Shown: positions 60,996-64,000 of the stretch, piece by piece | Layout of the letters: the number at the start of each line of letters is the position of its first letter | Numbering within the stretch: the stretch's first letter is position 1 | The notes under the pieces: generated by a model | Databases searched by the model: none | What the model was told of the DNA's origin: nothing | The model's input: the letters and a program-made list of their open reading frames with translations, nothing else | Source of the DNA: Spirogloea muscicola | Lineage: Eukaryota | Direction: 5' to 3' | Assembly: GCA_009602725.1 (NCBI GenBank) | Contig: WELB01000005.1 | Span: 246,783 to 310,782, forward strand | DNA: 64,000 bases | Made by a program: the position numbers and the translations under genes

Positions 60996-63513
60996 ATGGA
61001 GTCCGGCTCCAGCCGGGCTGCCAGGCGCTCCNGCCTCGCCGCGGGACCCGCCTCCGAGGCCGCGGCGGCGGCGGCGGCGGCGGAGAGCCCCAGGCACAGC
61101 GGCGGCGGCGTGGCGCCGTTCGTCGACCAGCGGCCGGTGTCAATCGTCATCCCGGTGTACAACGAGGTCGCCGGCATCCCCATCCTGGTGGAGCGCGTCG
61201 GCGCCGCCATGCGCGCCCGCGGCGGCCCGTACGAGATCGTCTGCGTGGACGACGGCTCCTCTGACGGTGAGCAGCTGGTCCACTGGCCTTCTTCTCCTTC
61301 GAGCAGCTTTCGCTCCTAGCTCCTACTCTCATTCTACTACTGAAAGCACCAGCTTAAGTGGCAAGATCATTGCAACGTGCACGTCGATAGCGACAGCAGA
61401 AGTGAATATCGCTGCATTGCATGTGTTGTGGACTTGTACCCTAGGGTTCTGTTTCGCTTGGTAGGGGCAGTTCTTGGCACAGTGCCACAGGGCCTTCAAG
61501 TGGAACCTCAAAGACAAATTGCCGAGTCATAATGGCAAGCCATACTGAAAGCCCGAGAGATACCCATCAAACTCCATAGTTTTGATAGTCAGTAGCACTT
61601 TGAGGTCATGGTTTCTTGCCATGGTCTCCTTGGGACCTTGTATCTACCTGTCGAATGTAGGTCATGCACTTCAGGGTTCGGGGTGAAGACTTTGAAAATT
61701 GATAAATACTGGCCTTCGGTATAGTATAGGCATGTACCATCCATTGAAGCAGCTTCTGCCAAGTGATGCCAGGCACCACGCAGTTGCTGCAGGCAATGGC
61801 AGCTGAGCGGCAGGACCTCAGGGCCGTGATTTTCCGTCGGAACTTTGGGCAGACGGCAGCCATGGCTGCCGGGTTCGACTTTGCGGCTGGCGAGCTCCTG
61901 GTCACTATGGACGGGGACTTGCAGAATGATGCGGATGATATTCCCAGAATTCTGGACAAGCTGCTGTATGGGGAACCAGGCCAAGGTGGGAACCCGGGTA
62001 ATGGTGCTTGGGGCAGCGGGCCTCGTGACGATGGCGGTTACGACATGGTAGTTGGCTGGCGGCGGCACCGGAAGGACGATATGCTGACGAGAAACGTCCC
62101 CTCAGCTGCTGCCAACTGGCTGATTGGCCGAGTCACTGGGGTATGATTACTCTCACTTTGTGAGTAGCCTGCTTCCTGATCTGCTCCTGCTTGTCTAGGG
62201 GCTTAGAGACTGTACTTGATGACTCAGAAGTTAAGAGAGCCCTATCTTGATGACTCAGAGGTTTTAGAGGGGCCTAGATTATAGGCGGAAAAAGGGTCCA
62301 GAATACCTTGGCATTCAGCCACTTGTGACTGCCTGGCTTTCTTTTTTAGGTCAAGGAAGTCAAGCTAGTTGACACACTTATCTGCTCGTGTTACAGCACA
62401 ATAACTACATCATGACCCTTGTCTTCTTCGTACGTAAGTATGCCAAGCAGCTTGGCCTGATTCTCTTTATTGTACCATCTTATTGCTTGTCGCTGGAGCA
62501 GGTGAAGCTGCATGACTACGGCTGCAGTCTCAAGGCCTATCGTGCTTCAGTTGTAAGCAGCCTGAGGTTGTATGGCGAGATGCACCGCTTCATCCCTGCC
62601 CTTGCTGCCATGGAGGGCGCTTCAATTTCAGAACTAGAGGTGGGGAATGCTCTTGACCACTCCTCCAGCCGCCTCTGCAACATCAACAGCTTATTGCTGG
62701 TCGCATCCAAGCATTCCATCTAGTGCCTAGCACTAGGCATGTAAACCCCATGATCTTGCAGCTTACTACTCATGCCATGGTTAGTGTGCTAAACATTTGG
62801 TGGCGCAGCAGCGTGAAACAGGGCAAGGAGCTTGCAACCTTAATCCATGCCCCTGCATGCTCTCTCTTGTGACAGGTGCAACATGCCCCTCGAATATACG
62901 GTGCATCCAAGTATGGGCTGGGTAGAATACCCAGGGTTCTGCTGGACCTGGCCACCATATGGTTCCTCAGCAGGTACCGGGACCGACCGATGCAGCTCGT
63001 GGGCCTCCTTGGCACCTTGTGCCTCCTCAGCTCATTGGCATTTGGAGTTGCAGCCTGCTGGTCCTTCGCCATTTCAGCAAGATCATATGGCGTCGCAATG
63101 GCCCTCTCCAGTTCCATGGCTCATGCAGTTGCAGCTCTTGAGTTACTTGTTATGGGCTCGCAGGTGAAATGTCTCAATAGCATGTACTTAATATTATCAG
63201 GCCAGCTTTACATCCTCTTCATGTTGTGTGGTAATTTGTTCCTGCCTGATGCTAATGTGTGCAAGTTGGGAGCCTTCAGGCTGGTACCCTAACCTGTTGG
63301 AGACAGATGCAGACTAGACTACTGGCAGAGCCTTCCATGTCTCTGGCTGCACCAAGAAGCTCTTCTCTGCCTCTGCTGATTTGCAACTCGTTTCTTGCTC
63401 TTTGTCAGCTGATGTGCCTTGGCTTTCTGAGTGAGATCTGCATCCGCACATACTTTGAGTCTCAACCTCGCCCTGTATATCGAGTCCGGGAGGTTGCCAC
63501 ATCTACAGCCTGA
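60996..63513 (+). CDS. GT2 polyprenyl-phosphate glycosyltransferase (ArnC/GtrB/DPM1-like, bacterial type), 5 exons
   Basis: VSIVIPVYNE, VDDGSSDG, RRNFGQTAAMAAGFD, TMDGDLQND, LHDYGCSLKAYR, LYGEMHRFIPALA, GASKYG, two C-terminal TM helices, RTYFESQPRPVYRVRE. Exons 60996-61267, 61773-62140, 62502-62639, 62876-63163, 63409-63513. The start is uncertain (N at 61032; upstream ATG at 60822). Confidence 0.88.
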
Positions 63514-64000
63514 AAATTGAAAGCCCCGGCTGAATATCATGGAGATATCTCTTCGACAAGCCCTCCTCGTGTTGTGAAAACCTCTTGTCTCAGCTTGATT
63601 TAGAGAATAACATCCTCAAATGGCAGCGCGGCTTTGGTGCTACCTGTCTTCCGTAAGGACGATAGTCCTGGCTAAAGCCTATCCTGCTGGCAACTAGGTG
63701 AATAAGCGATTAGCTCAGATTTTACACCTATGAAAAGTGTGTCGACAGCCATGTTTTCATATTTGCTTCTCTCCTTAGGTTTCCTTGTTGCTTCTCTCCT
63801 TAAGTTGTCCTTGTCATTAAGAGCCCAACTTTGCCTCCCTGACATTGTTACATGAGTAAATGGAGTGAGTCACCGAGCGCCACTAGTAAGAAATTTTCAT
63901 TGCTAGTCAGCCCTCAAGCTGACAAATTGTCAAGCACACATTCTTGTCAGTCATTGACTTATGCATGTAGATAGTTGAAAATTTCTCTGGGTGAATATTG

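Overview
Eukaryotic, intron-rich DNA, most likely from a streptophyte green alga (inferred from plant-type orthologues and an LRR receptor-like kinase). It contains two assembly gaps and a few single-N positions. Intact-looking spliced genes: RNA polymerase III subunit RPC3 (+), mitochondrial ABC transporter ATM3/ABCB25-like (-), exportin-1/CRM1 (-), an LRR receptor-like pseudokinase (+), a small conserved protein with a KKSGWRK...TAETRAKxRA signature (-, 5' end in a gap), tRNA-Leu(UAA) and a bacterial/cyanobacterial-type GT2 glycosyltransferase (+). Two decayed tandem paralogues encode an unrecognised Cys-rich repeat protein. Intergenic space is filled by one near-full-length, frameshifted CRE-like (RLE-type) non-LTR retrotransposon and dozens of its 3'-end fragments, a Copia element with an internal ~540-bp inverted duplication, and a PHD-finger Gypsy remnant. 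The most striking observation is in exportin-1: two tandem, equal-length (98 nt), same-phase exons encode alternative versions of the NES-binding groove helix. One has the leptomycin-B-reactive Cys and the other has Ser at that position, so this is a candidate mutually exclusive splicing switch of nuclear-export specificity.
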